Shown one piece after another: positions 50,566 to 59,610 of a DNA stretch of 64,000 bases. The stretch is taken from positions 2,833-66,832 of the forward strand of contig JAKPDB010000011.1 in the NCBI GenBank assembly GCA_029552985.1. The letters run 5' to 3'. A program made the translations under genes and the position numbers. The DNA is from a bacterium. Its GTDB lineage: Bacteria; Ratteibacteria; UBA8468; B48-G9; DTJG01. The first letter of the stretch is position 1; the number at the start of each line of letters is the position of its first letter. The notes beneath the pieces were generated by a model. The model made no database searches. It was not told the DNA's origin and worked only from the letters and a program-made list of their open reading frames with translations.

Positions 50566-51587
50566 TTATCATCCTCAGTAATAATAAGGTTTTTATCTGT
50601 TGTTACTATGATTGTATCCTCTGACTTTGTTCCAGTAATTGAAGGGTTCCATGCAAAAGCATAGCCAGGTTTAATAATATCAGAACTTTCTGATGTTGCT
50701 CTGTAGTATCTTGTTTTATAACCACATGGGCCACCCTGATGGTGTTTTTCCCATTCATCAGAAAATCCTGTTGTCTTGTAAGCGTCAATACCTGCCTTAA
50801 ATGCCTTGCCAATTGTTTTCCCAGGTCTTGTTGAGTTGATAAATGCGGCATCGACATAACATACTGCCTGATGCTTTTTTGAAATTTCTTCAGGTATCTT
50901 TGAAAAACTGACAAGCCGTGTCATAGAGACAATCAACCCATTTTCATATACACACACGACAACCATCACATATTTTTCAATTCTTTTGTCAGTTGCTACA
51001 GGATGCCTGAACTTTACAATTCTTTCGTCTGCCGCGATAAGAAGCACTACAGGAATTGTTCCACTTGTCCACAATTTTTTACTCAAAGTTCCAGCTACCT
51101 CATTTTCTGTTATGCCTGGTTTTATCTCATGACACACCTCTGATACAATTTTTGTAACCTTTTGCCCGAGATTATGGAATTTTTTAATTTCTTCGTCTGT
51201 TAATGGAAAATGCAGATGGTCAATATCAACATATTCGAATTTTTCTCCGGGTTTATCAATGGCAATCTTACCATTGACAATTTTCCGGGCACTTTCAAAC
51301 AATTTTTCATCCTGATGCCAGTTTACAATAATGTCTTCTACTGGAATATCCACAAGTTCTTCCTGTTTTATTCTTGTTGCTTCAATATTATTTGAAAGCA
51401 AGAATAATTTTTTTTCTGTCACAAGAAGGCTACTGGCACCAAATTCTGTGTTTAATGCCACATAATTTTTTCCACCACCTGTGAACCATGCAAAATTGGA
51501 AACTCTGTTAAGGATAATGCCCGAAAGATTTCTTTCTGAAAGAAAATTTCTGATTCTTGTCCATTTAATATTAATTTCATTGTTCAT
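50499..51587 (-). CDS. M24 (creatinase/prolidase fold) family protein, metal ligands apparently substituted
   Basis: Creatinase-like N-domain plus a pita-bread C-domain. Positions expected as D..D..H..E..E read VVCVYENG, VSMTRL, HHQGGPCGY, AWNPS, SEDTIIVT. Confidence 0.7.
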   Translation of the reverse strand: MNNEINIKWTRIRNFLSERNLSGIILNRVSNFAWFTGGGKNYVALNTEFGASSLLVTEKKLFLLSNNIEATRIKQEELVDIPVEDIIVNWHQDEKLFESARKIVNGKIAIDKPGEKFEYVDIDHLHFPLTDEEIKKFHNLGQKVTKIVSEVCHEIKPGITENEVAGTLSKKLWTSGTIPVVLLIAADERIVKFRHPVATDKRIEKYVMVVVCVYENGLIVSMTRLVSFSKIPEEISKKHQAVCYVDAAFINSTRPGKTIGKAFKAGIDAYKTTGFSDEWEKHHQGGPCGYKTRYYRATSESSDIIKPGYAFAWNPSITGTKSEDTIIVTTDKNLIITEDDKWPKIEIEIGGTCIARPDILVP

Positions 51588-51651
51588 GATTTCCTCCTGA
51601 TGGATATCATATTATATCAAAGAATAAATCGAAAAGAAATATTAAATATGT

Positions 51652-51680
51652 TTGGCAGCTATTCGTTTTTTTGCTAAAAT
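51652..51680 (+). promoter_or_regulatory. Sigma70-type promoter with extended -10 for the ThuA-like/M55 gene pair
   Basis: TTGGCA (51652-51657), 17-nt spacer ending in TGc, TAAAAT (51675-51680). AAGGAG RBS lies before ATG 51709. Confidence 0.6.
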
Positions 51681-51708
51681 CTCACCATAAATTCTACAAG
51701 GAGCAAGT

Positions 51709-52362
51709 ATGAAGAAATTTGTTCTTTTTCTTTGCGGTGGCTGGGAAGGACACGAGCCGCAAGAGTGTGTTCATCTTTTTTCAGATATTATGAAAAATGA
51801 CGGAATGGATGTTTATATCTCACATTCACTCGATATATTACTTGATAAAGGGTTTATGGCAAAAGTTGACCTTATTGTTCCTGTCTGGACAGCAGGAAGT
51901 ATTACTGTAGAGCAGGAAAAAGGGTTACTTTCTACAGTGGAATCTGGTACTGGAATTGGTGGCTGGCACGGTGGAATGGGCGATGCATTTCGCAGCAATC
52001 CTTCCTATCAGTTTATGGTAGGCGGTCAATGGGTTGCTCATCCTGGTGGAATTGTTGAGTACGAAGTTAATATAGTGAAACCTGAAGACCCTATTGTACA
52101 GGGTATCAAAGATTTCAGGATGAAATCAGAGCAATATTATATGCATGTCGACCCTTCAAATGAAGTTCTTGCGACAACGACTTTTACAAAAGCCACAGTT
52201 CCATGGATAGAAAAGTGTACAATGCCTGTTGTATGGAAAAGAATGTATGGCAGGGGAAGGGTTTTTTATTCTTCTCTCGGACACCAAAGAGTTGATTTTG
52301 ATATTCCTGAAGTAAGAGAAATTACAAGGCGGGGTCTTATCTGGGCTATTGGTCAGACATAA
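51709..52362 (+). CDS. ThuA-like (trehalose utilisation) class I glutamine-amidotransferase-like domain protein
   Basis: 217 aa; [11 protein letters not shown].., GGWHGG.., and the YSSLGH tail pattern recall ThuA domains. Confidence 0.65.
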   Translation: MKKFVLFLCGGWEGHEPQECVHLFSDIMKNDGMDVYISHSLDILLDKGFMAKVDLIVPVWTAGSITVEQEKGLLSTVESGTGIGGWHGGMGDAFRSNPSYQFMVGGQWVAHPGGIVEYEVNIVKPEDPIVQGIKDFRMKSEQYYMHVDPSNEVLATTTFTKATVPWIEKCTMPVVWKRMYGRGRVFYSSLGHQRVDFDIPEVREITRRGLIWAIGQT

Positions 52363-52391
52363 ATATAAACTATTTTAACAGGGGGGATAAA

Positions 52392-53165
52392 ATGAAAATT
52401 TATATCTGTACTGATCTGGAAGGAGCGACAGGTGTGTTTAAGTTCAGCCAGACAAGGCAGCACGGTCCAGAGTTTGAGTCAGCAATGAGATTATTGATGG
52501 GAGATGTCGCTGCTGTTTGTGAAGGATTGAAACAGGCAGGAGTGGATGAAATTTATGTGCTTGATGGACATAATGGGGGAAACAATTTTATTCCAGAATG
52601 CATGATAAAAGGTGTAAGGTACATTACAGGATATCCAAGGCAGGGTAAAGTTCTTTATGGGCTGGATGAATCTTTTGATGGGTTTATCATGGTTGGCTGT
52701 CATGCAATGAATGGGACTCCTGATGGAGTTTTACATCATACCCAGAGTTCAACAGTAGAAGCCAAATACTTTTATGATGGTGTGGAACGGGGTGAAATTT
52801 ATCAGGGTGCAGTTATTGCGGGGCATTTTAATGTTCCAGTAATTCTTGTGACAGGCGATGAAGCCGCATGCAGAGAAGCAAAGGCAATGCTTGGGGATGA
52901 ATTACCAGTTGTTGCAGTGAAAAAGGGTATCAGCAGAGAAGCCGCTATTTTGATTTCACCTGAAGAAACAAGGGAAATGTTGATTGAAGGTGCAAAGAAA
53001 GCCGTCAAAAAGATGCCGGTTCTCAAACCATACAAGGTTAAATTTCCGATAAAACTGCATATAAAGCGACTTGGTCCAGAAGGTGCAACGCTAGAAAATC
53101 CGTATTTTTCTGAAAAAGAGGTAGAAGTCAAAAATGGCCTGGATATAATAAGTGGAAGCATTTAG
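52392..53165 (+). CDS. M55 family D-aminopeptidase (DppA-like)
   Basis: MKIYICTDLEGATGV N-terminus, VLDGHNGG, GCHAMNGT; characteristic of peptidase M55. Confidence 0.8.
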   Translation: MKIYICTDLEGATGVFKFSQTRQHGPEFESAMRLLMGDVAAVCEGLKQAGVDEIYVLDGHNGGNNFIPECMIKGVRYITGYPRQGKVLYGLDESFDGFIMVGCHAMNGTPDGVLHHTQSSTVEAKYFYDGVERGEIYQGAVIAGHFNVPVILVTGDEAACREAKAMLGDELPVVAVKKGISREAAILISPEETREMLIEGAKKAVKKMPVLKPYKVKFPIKLHIKRLGPEGATLENPYFSEKEVEVKNGLDIISGSI

Positions 53166-53187
53166 TTTCAATGAAAAGGAATCAAGC

Positions 53188-53271
53188 ATGTTTATAGATA
53201 TTCATGTGCATTTTTGGAACTTGGTTTGTTGGTTCAGGATCGTCACGGGGCTCAAACCGTTTTTGACATAG
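53188..53271 (+). pseudogene. 27-codon ORF resembling an amidohydrolase N-terminus (gene remnant) or an upstream ORF of cimA
   Basis: MFIDIHVHFWNLVCWFRIVTGLKPFLT. IDIHVH is the HxH metal motif at the start of amidohydrolase/TIM-barrel hydrolases. AAGGA lies 8 nt upstream, and the stop TAG directly follows the TTGACA of the cimA promoter. Confidence 0.3.
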
Positions 53272-53291
53272 CTATATAACAAAAGTACAAT
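53263..53291 (+). promoter_or_regulatory. Sigma70-type promoter for cimA (near-leaderless geometry)
   Basis: TTGACA (53263-53268), 17-nt spacer, TACAAT (53286-53291). ATG 53301 follows 9 nt later with no Shine-Dalgarno. Confidence 0.55.
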
Positions 53292-53300
53292 AATGTTGCT

Positions 53301-54881
53301 ATGGAAAAACGAAAAAAAATTGAAATTTATGACACCACATTAAGGGATGGTGCCCAGGGAGAATCTATTTTCTTCACGCTTCATGACCAGATGAAAATAG
53401 TCGAAAAACTTGATGAATTTGGTTTCAATTTTATTGAAGGTGGCTGGCCGGGTTCAAATCCCAAGGCAGAAGAATTTTTTAAAGAAATGGCTAAAAAGAG
53501 ACTTAAAAATAGTAAGCTTGTTGCCTTTGGAAGTACCAGAAGGAGGACCTTTTCTGCGAATAAAGATCCCTTTTTGAAGGCGCTTGTCGAAGCCGGGACA
53601 GATGTAGTTATCATTTTTGGAAAATCCTGGGATTTGCACGTAAGGGATGTATTACGGATTTCTCTTGAAGAAAATCTTGATCTAATCGGTGATTCCATCA
53701 GTTATTTAAAGTCAAAAGGGAAAACGGTTTTTTTTGATGCTGAGCATTTTTTTGATGGTTATAAAGAAAATCCAGAATATGCTGTAAAAACGTTGTTGGT
53801 GGCTGAATCCAGTGGAGCAGAGAGGATTGTTCTGTGCGATACCAACGGTGGTGCACTGCCTTTTGAAGTAGAGGAAATAGTCAAAAAGATTTGTAAGATT
53901 TTGAAGACACCAGTAGGAATTCACGCTCATAATGATTCTGGCACAGCGGTCGCGAACACTATTGCTGCAGTTCGGGCCGGAGCAGTCCATGTACATGGAA
54001 CAATCAATGGTTTTGGAGAAAGATGTGGCAATGCAGATTTGACTGCGATTATCCCGATACTCCAGATAAAAATGGGTTTTGAGTGTCTTGACGAAGAAAA
54101 ATTACATCATTTAACAAGTCTCTCAAGATATGTCTATGAAATTGCCAATATTGTGCCGCCGGGAAATCAGCCGTTTGTTGGCTACAGTGCCTTTGCCCAT
54201 AAGGGTGGGGTGCATGTTGATGCTGTTGGCAAAAATCCTCGCACCTATGAGCATATACCTCCTGAAAAAGTGGGTAATCAACGAAGGGTTCTGGTTTCTG
54301 AACTGTCAGGTAAGAGTACAATTTTACAGAAACTCAGGAAATACAAACTGGAAAAACAACCAGAATTAATAAAGAGGATTCTTGAAACTGTTGGGGAGAT
54401 GGAAAAGAAAGGTTATCAATTTGAATCCGCAGAAGCGTCTTTTGAACTTATGGTAAGAAAGCTACTGGGTATATATAAGAAACCTTTTCATGTTGAAGGG
54501 TTCCGGGTAATCGTAGAAGAAAGAAATGCAAGGGTTGTGGCTGAGGCCACAGTGAAACTCAAAGTAGGCAAAACAGTGGAATATACAGTGGCAGAAGGAA
54601 ATGGTCCTGTTAATGCTCTTGATAATGCGCTCAGAAAGGCACTCATTCCTTTTTATCCATTTCTTTCGAGTTTGCGACTTATCGATTATAAGGTGAGAAT
54701 TCTTCATCCAGAGAAGGCAACTGCAGCAGTGACAAGAGTATTGATCGAATCTATGGATGAAAAAGAGAGCTGGGGAACCATAGGACTATCTGAAAATATT
54801 ATAGAAGCATCCTGGAATGCACTGGTGGATGGAGTTGAATACAAGATTTTGAAAGAAATAGAAAATCTTAATCAGACGTAA
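53301..54881 (+). CDS. cimA: (R)-citramalate synthase (LeuA/CimA family)
   Basis: IEIYDTTLRDGAQGE, GIHAHNDSGTAVANT, and a C-terminal LeuA-dimer-type regulatory domain. The 526-aa length fits the CimA subgroup. Confidence 0.8.
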   Translation: MEKRKKIEIYDTTLRDGAQGESIFFTLHDQMKIVEKLDEFGFNFIEGGWPGSNPKAEEFFKEMAKKRLKNSKLVAFGSTRRRTFSANKDPFLKALVEAGTDVVIIFGKSWDLHVRDVLRISLEENLDLIGDSISYLKSKGKTVFFDAEHFFDGYKENPEYAVKTLLVAESSGAERIVLCDTNGGALPFEVEEIVKKICKILKTPVGIHAHNDSGTAVANTIAAVRAGAVHVHGTINGFGERCGNADLTAIIPILQIKMGFECLDEEKLHHLTSLSRYVYEIANIVPPGNQPFVGYSAFAHKGGVHVDAVGKNPRTYEHIPPEKVGNQRRVLVSELSGKSTILQKLRKYKLEKQPELIKRILETVGEMEKKGYQFESAEASFELMVRKLLGIYKKPFHVEGFRVIVEERNARVVAEATVKLKVGKTVEYTVAEGNGPVNALDNALRKALIPFYPFLSSLRLIDYKVRILHPEKATAAVTRVLIESMDEKESWGTIGLSENIIEASWNALVDGVEYKILKEIENLNQT

Positions 54882-55443
54882 TCGCGGGTGAACTTCTGAT
54901 TGCAACACTATTAAAATACTTCAGAAAATATGAAGCAATTTCTTTTGAATCAATGATAACAGCGGTCTCATTATTTTTTTCAAGGCTGTAATAAGACCAG
55001 TTAAAACTTCCCACAACAACGAATCTATTATCCACAATGATCAGTTTTGCATGGGTGGTTTGGTCGACTGGATCTAACAAAACTTTTACTCCAGAATTTT
55101 TGAGTATTCTGGCTGTGTGAATATTACTATCTGAATCTTTAACAAATCCGGGTTTATCTATGTTTAAAATTACTGTAACGTTTATCTTTTTTCTGGCTGC
55201 TTTGCATAACGAGTCAATCAGTTTATTAGAAGGGCTGTCAGGATATTTCTCATACCATGTCATATTGTACATCATAACATTTATTGAGGTTTCAGCATTT
55301 CCTATTAACTCCATTACCTTTGGCAAATAATATTGGTTGGTTATTGGTTCTACTTCTGCTGGTGCACATAAAGCCAGTGATTGGTAAATACAAGATGTAA
55401 TTGTCAGCGCACAAAAGAAAAATATTTTGAAAATGTTTTTCAT
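54868..55443 (-). CDS. Secreted single-HKD phospholipase D/Nuc-like protein
   Basis: N-terminal signal peptide (MKNIFKIFFFCALTITSCIYQSLALCAPA) and one HKD motif, HAKLIIVDNRFVVVGSFNWS. Confidence 0.8.
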   Translation of the reverse strand: MKNIFKIFFFCALTITSCIYQSLALCAPAEVEPITNQYYLPKVMELIGNAETSINVMMYNMTWYEKYPDSPSNKLIDSLCKAARKKINVTVILNIDKPGFVKDSDSNIHTARILKNSGVKVLLDPVDQTTHAKLIIVDNRFVVVGSFNWSYYSLEKNNETAVIIDSKEIASYFLKYFNSVAIRSSPAITSD

Positions 55444-56297
55444 GTTTGATATTTTTTTATGATTGTGTGGAGATTAATCTTCTGTTCGTAAATGGCTTTG
55501 CCAATTACAATACCTGCGACTGGAAGATTTGATTGTAAAATTGTTTCTATATCCTGTTGTGAACCAATACCGCCACCAATAATAAATTCAATATTTTTTG
55601 TCGTAAGTTTTCTGACCTTGTGAATAATGCTGGCGAAAACATCGATGTTGATTCCGTACAGAGTTCCATCTCTGCTGGTGTCTGTGATCATGAAGGATGA
55701 AAAATTTTTCTCAGCCAGTTTACTGATCACCCATGAAGGTTCTATAGGTATCACAACCTGCCAGCCACTAAGAGCGACTGAAGTTCTGGATACATCAATA
55801 CTGACAATAACCCTTTTCTTAATTTCGTCATTGATTTTGTCAATAAGGTCTGGTTCAGGAATTTCTCTTTCAACAGAAAATTTTTTGTCGGCAAGCGCGT
55901 AGGCTTTTGAAATGTCGCTGATAGTGAAGTTCGCTTCCAGAATCTGTGGTAACACAATGGCAGTTCCAATGATTACATAATCAATCCCCATTGAAAACAT
56001 TTGTTTGATCTCATTCATTTTTCTGATGCCTCCACCAATCTGCATTGTGCATTTTCCAGGTGCCATCAAATTCCTCATTTTTACCATGTTTTCAATTACT
56101 GAAATGTCCTGATCAAGTATTTTCCCTTCTTTTGCGCCCAGAAGGGATACAATATGTATACGCCTTGCACCTTTCAAAATAAAGTCCTTAACAATTTCTT
56201 CAGGATTTAATCCATAAGATGTTGCTATTTCAAATTTACCCTTATAAAGGCGAACAACCTTACTTTTTTTTAGGTCAATGGCTGGAATGATAATCAT
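55440..56297 (-). CDS. HisA/HisF-family (beta/alpha)8 barrel protein with a central insertion
   Basis: IIIPAIDLKKSKVVRLYKG, QIGGGIR, SIDVSRTSVALSGWQ, ITDTSRDGTL, IGGGIGS. About 40 extra residues lie between the barrel halves. ATG 56297 is preferred over 56360. Confidence 0.65.
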   Translation of the reverse strand: MIIIPAIDLKKSKVVRLYKGKFEIATSYGLNPEEIVKDFILKGARRIHIVSLLGAKEGKILDQDISVIENMVKMRNLMAPGKCTMQIGGGIRKMNEIKQMFSMGIDYVIIGTAIVLPQILEANFTISDISKAYALADKKFSVEREIPEPDLIDKINDEIKKRVIVSIDVSRTSVALSGWQVVIPIEPSWVISKLAEKNFSSFMITDTSRDGTLYGINIDVFASIIHKVRKLTTKNIEFIIGGGIGSQQDIETILQSNLPVAGIVIGKAIYEQKINLHTIIKKYQT

Positions 56298-58152
56298 TAT
56301 TTTTGATTTTTTCTGTGTATCTACATTTTGGAAAACCAGTACAACCAATAAATTTACCATACTTGCTTATTCTAATAATTAAAGGCTTCCCACATTTTGG
56401 ACAGTTTTTTTCGATTTTTTCAACAATACTATCTTTTTCCCTACTCATTGTTTTAATACCTGTGTTCATTTCCGCTGCTGCTTTGTCAAGAGAAGGCTTG
56501 AAATTTTCGTAAAACTCTTTTAGTACAATGACTCCATCTTTTTTCCCTTCTGCGATCTCATCAAGTTGTTTTTCCATTTCAGCAGTAAACTGTACATTAA
56601 TGACATCAGGGAAATATTTCGATAGTATTTCTGAAACTATCATTCCGAGCTTTTCTGGAATAAAGACCCTTTTTTCTTTTCTGACATATTTTCTTTTTAT
56701 TAATGTACTGATCGTAGGGGCATATGTTGAAGGCCTGCCGATACCAAATTTTTCCAGTGTTTTAATCAAAGAAGCTTCTGTATACCTTGGTGGCGGATTT
56801 GTTTTCTTTTCTTCTGCTTTAACATCCATTAGTTCAAGTGCTGTTGTTTTAATGATGTCATCGGGGATGTCTTTTTCACCTTCATCGATTTTAATATTCC
56901 AGAGTTTTGTAAATCCATCAAAAACTATTTTTGATTTGAATGCCTCAAATTCATATTTTCCTGCAATTGCCTTTACAGTCATGGTTTCAATAATAGCGGG
57001 TTTCATCTGGCTTGCGATAAATCTTTCCCATATCATTTTATACAGTAAGAACTGATCTCTAGTTAGATGTTTTTTCAGATAATCTGGTGTAAAATTTATA
57101 TGTGTTGGTCTTATTGCTTCGTGGGCTTCCTGTGCACTCGATATCCGGGCAGCATAATGAGGTGGTTTCTCAGCCACACATTCACTACCGAAAGTTTCCT
57201 GAATAAATTTTGCGGCTTGGTGCTGCGCAATTTTTGACACTGAGGGAGAATCTGTTCTCATATAAGTAATGAGTCCGACAGGTGTCTTCTTTTCAATGGG
57301 TATGCCTTCATATAATTGTTGCGCGATAAGCATTGTTTTTGAAGATGTAAATCCCAGTTTTATCGATGCTTCCTGTTGAAGTGAACTTGTAATAAATGGA
57401 GGATAGGGACCTGTATTTCTCGTTATTCTGGTAACATCAGAAACAACGATTTGTTGTAAATTTTTGATTTCTTTCATGTATTGTTCTACCTTTTCTTTAT
57501 CCATGATGCCAGGTGCCTGAATTTTTTCGTTGTTAACAGATACCAGTTGCATTTGAAATAATTTACCACAATGGTTCACAACGACTTTTATAATCCAGTA
57601 GGGCTGGGGTATAAAATTCTGGATCTCTTTTTCTCTGGTTACAATTAACTGGAGTGCCACTGATTGTACTCTTCCTGCTGAAAGATTTTTTCCAAGCAAA
57701 GGGCTGAGGGTGTAACCAACAATCCTGTCAAGAATTCTTCTTGTTTGTTGTGCTGAAACAAGATTCATGTCAATTTTTCTTGGTTTTTGAAAAGATTCAA
57801 GAACTGCTGGTTTTGTAATTTCGTGGAACGCAACCCGTTCCACTTCCTCAATATTTTTGTTAATAACATTTGCGGTGTGCCATGCAATTGCCTCGCCTTC
57901 TCTATCTTCATCAGTTGCTATATATATTGTTTCAGAGTTTTCCGCAAGTTTTTTCAAATAAGATACAATCTTTTTTTTGCCGGGAAGTATTATGTATTCG
58001 GGAGTAAAACTTTCAAGGTCAACCCCAAATGTGTTTTCCGGAAGGTCCATGATATGTCCGAGTGTTGCTCTAACGACATAGTCGGACCCAAGTATATATC
58101 CAATTGTCCGGGCTTTTGCCGGGGACTCCACAATTACGAGTTTTTTTGCCAT
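56275..58152 (-). CDS. topA: DNA topoisomerase I (short form, one C-terminal zinc ribbon)
   Basis: Toprim LVIVESPAKARTI, DEDREGE, active-site region ITYMRTDS, CPKCGKPL..CTGFPKC. Confidence 0.94.
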   Translation of the reverse strand: MAKKLVIVESPAKARTIGYILGSDYVVRATLGHIMDLPENTFGVDLESFTPEYIILPGKKKIVSYLKKLAENSETIYIATDEDREGEAIAWHTANVINKNIEEVERVAFHEITKPAVLESFQKPRKIDMNLVSAQQTRRILDRIVGYTLSPLLGKNLSAGRVQSVALQLIVTREKEIQNFIPQPYWIIKVVVNHCGKLFQMQLVSVNNEKIQAPGIMDKEKVEQYMKEIKNLQQIVVSDVTRITRNTGPYPPFITSSLQQEASIKLGFTSSKTMLIAQQLYEGIPIEKKTPVGLITYMRTDSPSVSKIAQHQAAKFIQETFGSECVAEKPPHYAARISSAQEAHEAIRPTHINFTPDYLKKHLTRDQFLLYKMIWERFIASQMKPAIIETMTVKAIAGKYEFEAFKSKIVFDGFTKLWNIKIDEGEKDIPDDIIKTTALELMDVKAEEKKTNPPPRYTEASLIKTLEKFGIGRPSTYAPTISTLIKRKYVRKEKRVFIPEKLGMIVSEILSKYFPDVINVQFTAEMEKQLDEIAEGKKDGVIVLKEFYENFKPSLDKAAAEMNTGIKTMSREKDSIVEKIEKNCPKCGKPLIIRISKYGKFIGCTGFPKCRYTEKIKNNDYHSSH

Positions 58153-58169
58153 ATGTTGTTCCTTTTCGA

Positions 58170-58198
58170 TTGCATTATTATAATACTTTTGATAAAAT
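58170..58198 (+). promoter_or_regulatory. Sigma70-type promoter for argH-lysA
   Basis: TTGCAT (58170-58175), 17-nt spacer, TAAAAT (58193-58198). An AGAGGA RBS serves ATG 58234. Confidence 0.5.
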
Positions 58199-58233
58199 TA
58201 TTAAATACAACCTGTTTCAAAAATAGAGGAACT

Positions 58234-59610
58234 ATGAAATACATATGGAGTGGACGATTAAAAAAAGATCTTCACCATCTTGTCAGGCAATTTACATTTT
58301 CCATTGAAATTGATAAGAAGATGGCATTGTTTGATGTCCTGGGCAGTATCGTTCACGCCGAGATGCTGGTAACGCAAAAAATTATATCCAGGCAGGATGG
58401 TCATAGAATAATTTCAGGACTAAAGAAGATACAAAATGAAATAAAAACCGATTCATTTGTTTTTATGCCTGATGACGAAGACATACATACTGCTGTTGAA
58501 AGAAGACTTACTGAACTGATTGGGCCCTGTGCAGGCAAGCTTCATACGGCCCGGTCAAGGAATGACCAAATTGTTCTTGACGAAAAATTATACCTGAAAC
58601 ATATCATTCCTGAAATGATAGCCAGTATTGTATGTTTTCAAAAAAATTTAGTGAAAAAAGCAGAGGAATGTCTCGGAATATATATGCCTGAGTTCACACA
58701 TTTTCAGCCGGCACAACCAGTGTTATTCGCTCATCACCTTCTTGCGTATGTGACAATGTGTGAAAGGGATAAAGATAGATTTATTGATGCGTTAAAACGT
58801 ATAAATGTTTCTCCTCTTGGGGCGTGCGCCTGTGTGGGAACATCTTTTAATATTGACCCAGACTATGTCGCTGAAAAACTTAATTTTGAAACGATATTCT
58901 CCAATAGTATTGATGCTGTAAGCGACAGAGATTTTATTATTGAGACAATTTCAGCAATTGGGATATTGATGGTTCATCTTTCAAGAATATCAGAAGAGTT
59001 TATTATATGGCATTCTCCACTGATTGGGTTTGTGGACTTGCCGGAAGAATTTTGCACTGGTTCCAGTATCATGCCGCAGAAAAAAAATCCTGATGTTCTT
59101 GAATTGATAAGAGGAAAGACATCGACAGTGATTGGAAATCTTACAGGGATATTTACTTTGATAAAGGGGCTGCCTCTTTCCTATAATAGAGATCTTCAGG
59201 AGGATAAAAGGTTCTTATTTGAAAGCTGTGAAATTTCTGCTGTATCATTGGCAATTTTGACTGAAATTATAGAAAAGACCAAGATTAATGCAAACCGGAT
59301 GAAGGAATCCTGTAAAGTTGGATACATTGAAGCAACAGATATTGCAGAGTATCTTGTAACCAGAGGGACACCTTTCAGACAGGCACATCATCTGGTTGGA
59401 AAGCTCGTTGGTATCGCTGCTGAAAGGAATCTACCAATGGCAGAGATTGACGAGGAAACATTAAAGATGATGGGCTGTGATACTGAGACAATTCATTTTA
59501 TTAAAACCCTTGATAGTCAGAAGTCCATCAGTTTAAAAAAATCAAAAGGCGGAACAGGAATAAATCAGGTTAAACAGGAAATAAAAAAATGGAAAAGTAT
59601 CTTGAAATGA
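58234..59610 (+). CDS. argH: Argininosuccinate lyase
   Basis: MKYIWSGRLKK N-terminus, TARSRNDQ, signature GSSIMPQKKNPD. The ORF-track start at 57787 is antisense to topA and is rejected. Confidence 0.93.
   Translation: MKYIWSGRLKKDLHHLVRQFTFSIEIDKKMALFDVLGSIVHAEMLVTQKIISRQDGHRIISGLKKIQNEIKTDSFVFMPDDEDIHTAVERRLTELIGPCAGKLHTARSRNDQIVLDEKLYLKHIIPEMIASIVCFQKNLVKKAEECLGIYMPEFTHFQPAQPVLFAHHLLAYVTMCERDKDRFIDALKRINVSPLGACACVGTSFNIDPDYVAEKLNFETIFSNSIDAVSDRDFIIETISAIGILMVHLSRISEEFIIWHSPLIGFVDLPEEFCTGSSIMPQKKNPDVLELIRGKTSTVIGNLTGIFTLIKGLPLSYNRDLQEDKRFLFESCEISAVSLAILTEIIEKTKINANRMKESCKVGYIEATDIAEYLVTRGTPFRQAHHLVGKLVGIAAERNLPMAEIDEETLKMMGCDTETIHFIKTLDSQKSISLKKSKGGTGINQVKQEIKKWKSILK

Noticed and set aside
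53166-53300. T-box, riboswitch or classical Leu/Ile attenuator upstream of cimA
   Set aside because: The gap is too short and lacks a specifier/terminator-antiterminator arrangement or a run of consecutive Ile/Leu/Val codons. A near-consensus promoter sits only 10 nt from the ATG.
56528-57055. 175-aa plus-strand ORF inside topA
   Set aside because: It is antisense to topA, hydrophobic/Ser-rich in the way expected from mirrored codon bias, and has no start context.
57787-58233. 149-aa N-terminal extension of the argH ORF
   Set aside because: It overlaps the topA 5' region on the opposite strand. The argH homology, a promoter (58170-58198) and an RBS all point to ATG 58234.
59589-59610. Lysine riboswitch or leader upstream of lysA
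   Set aside because: The lysA start overlaps the argH end, so there is no untranslated space for a riboswitch.
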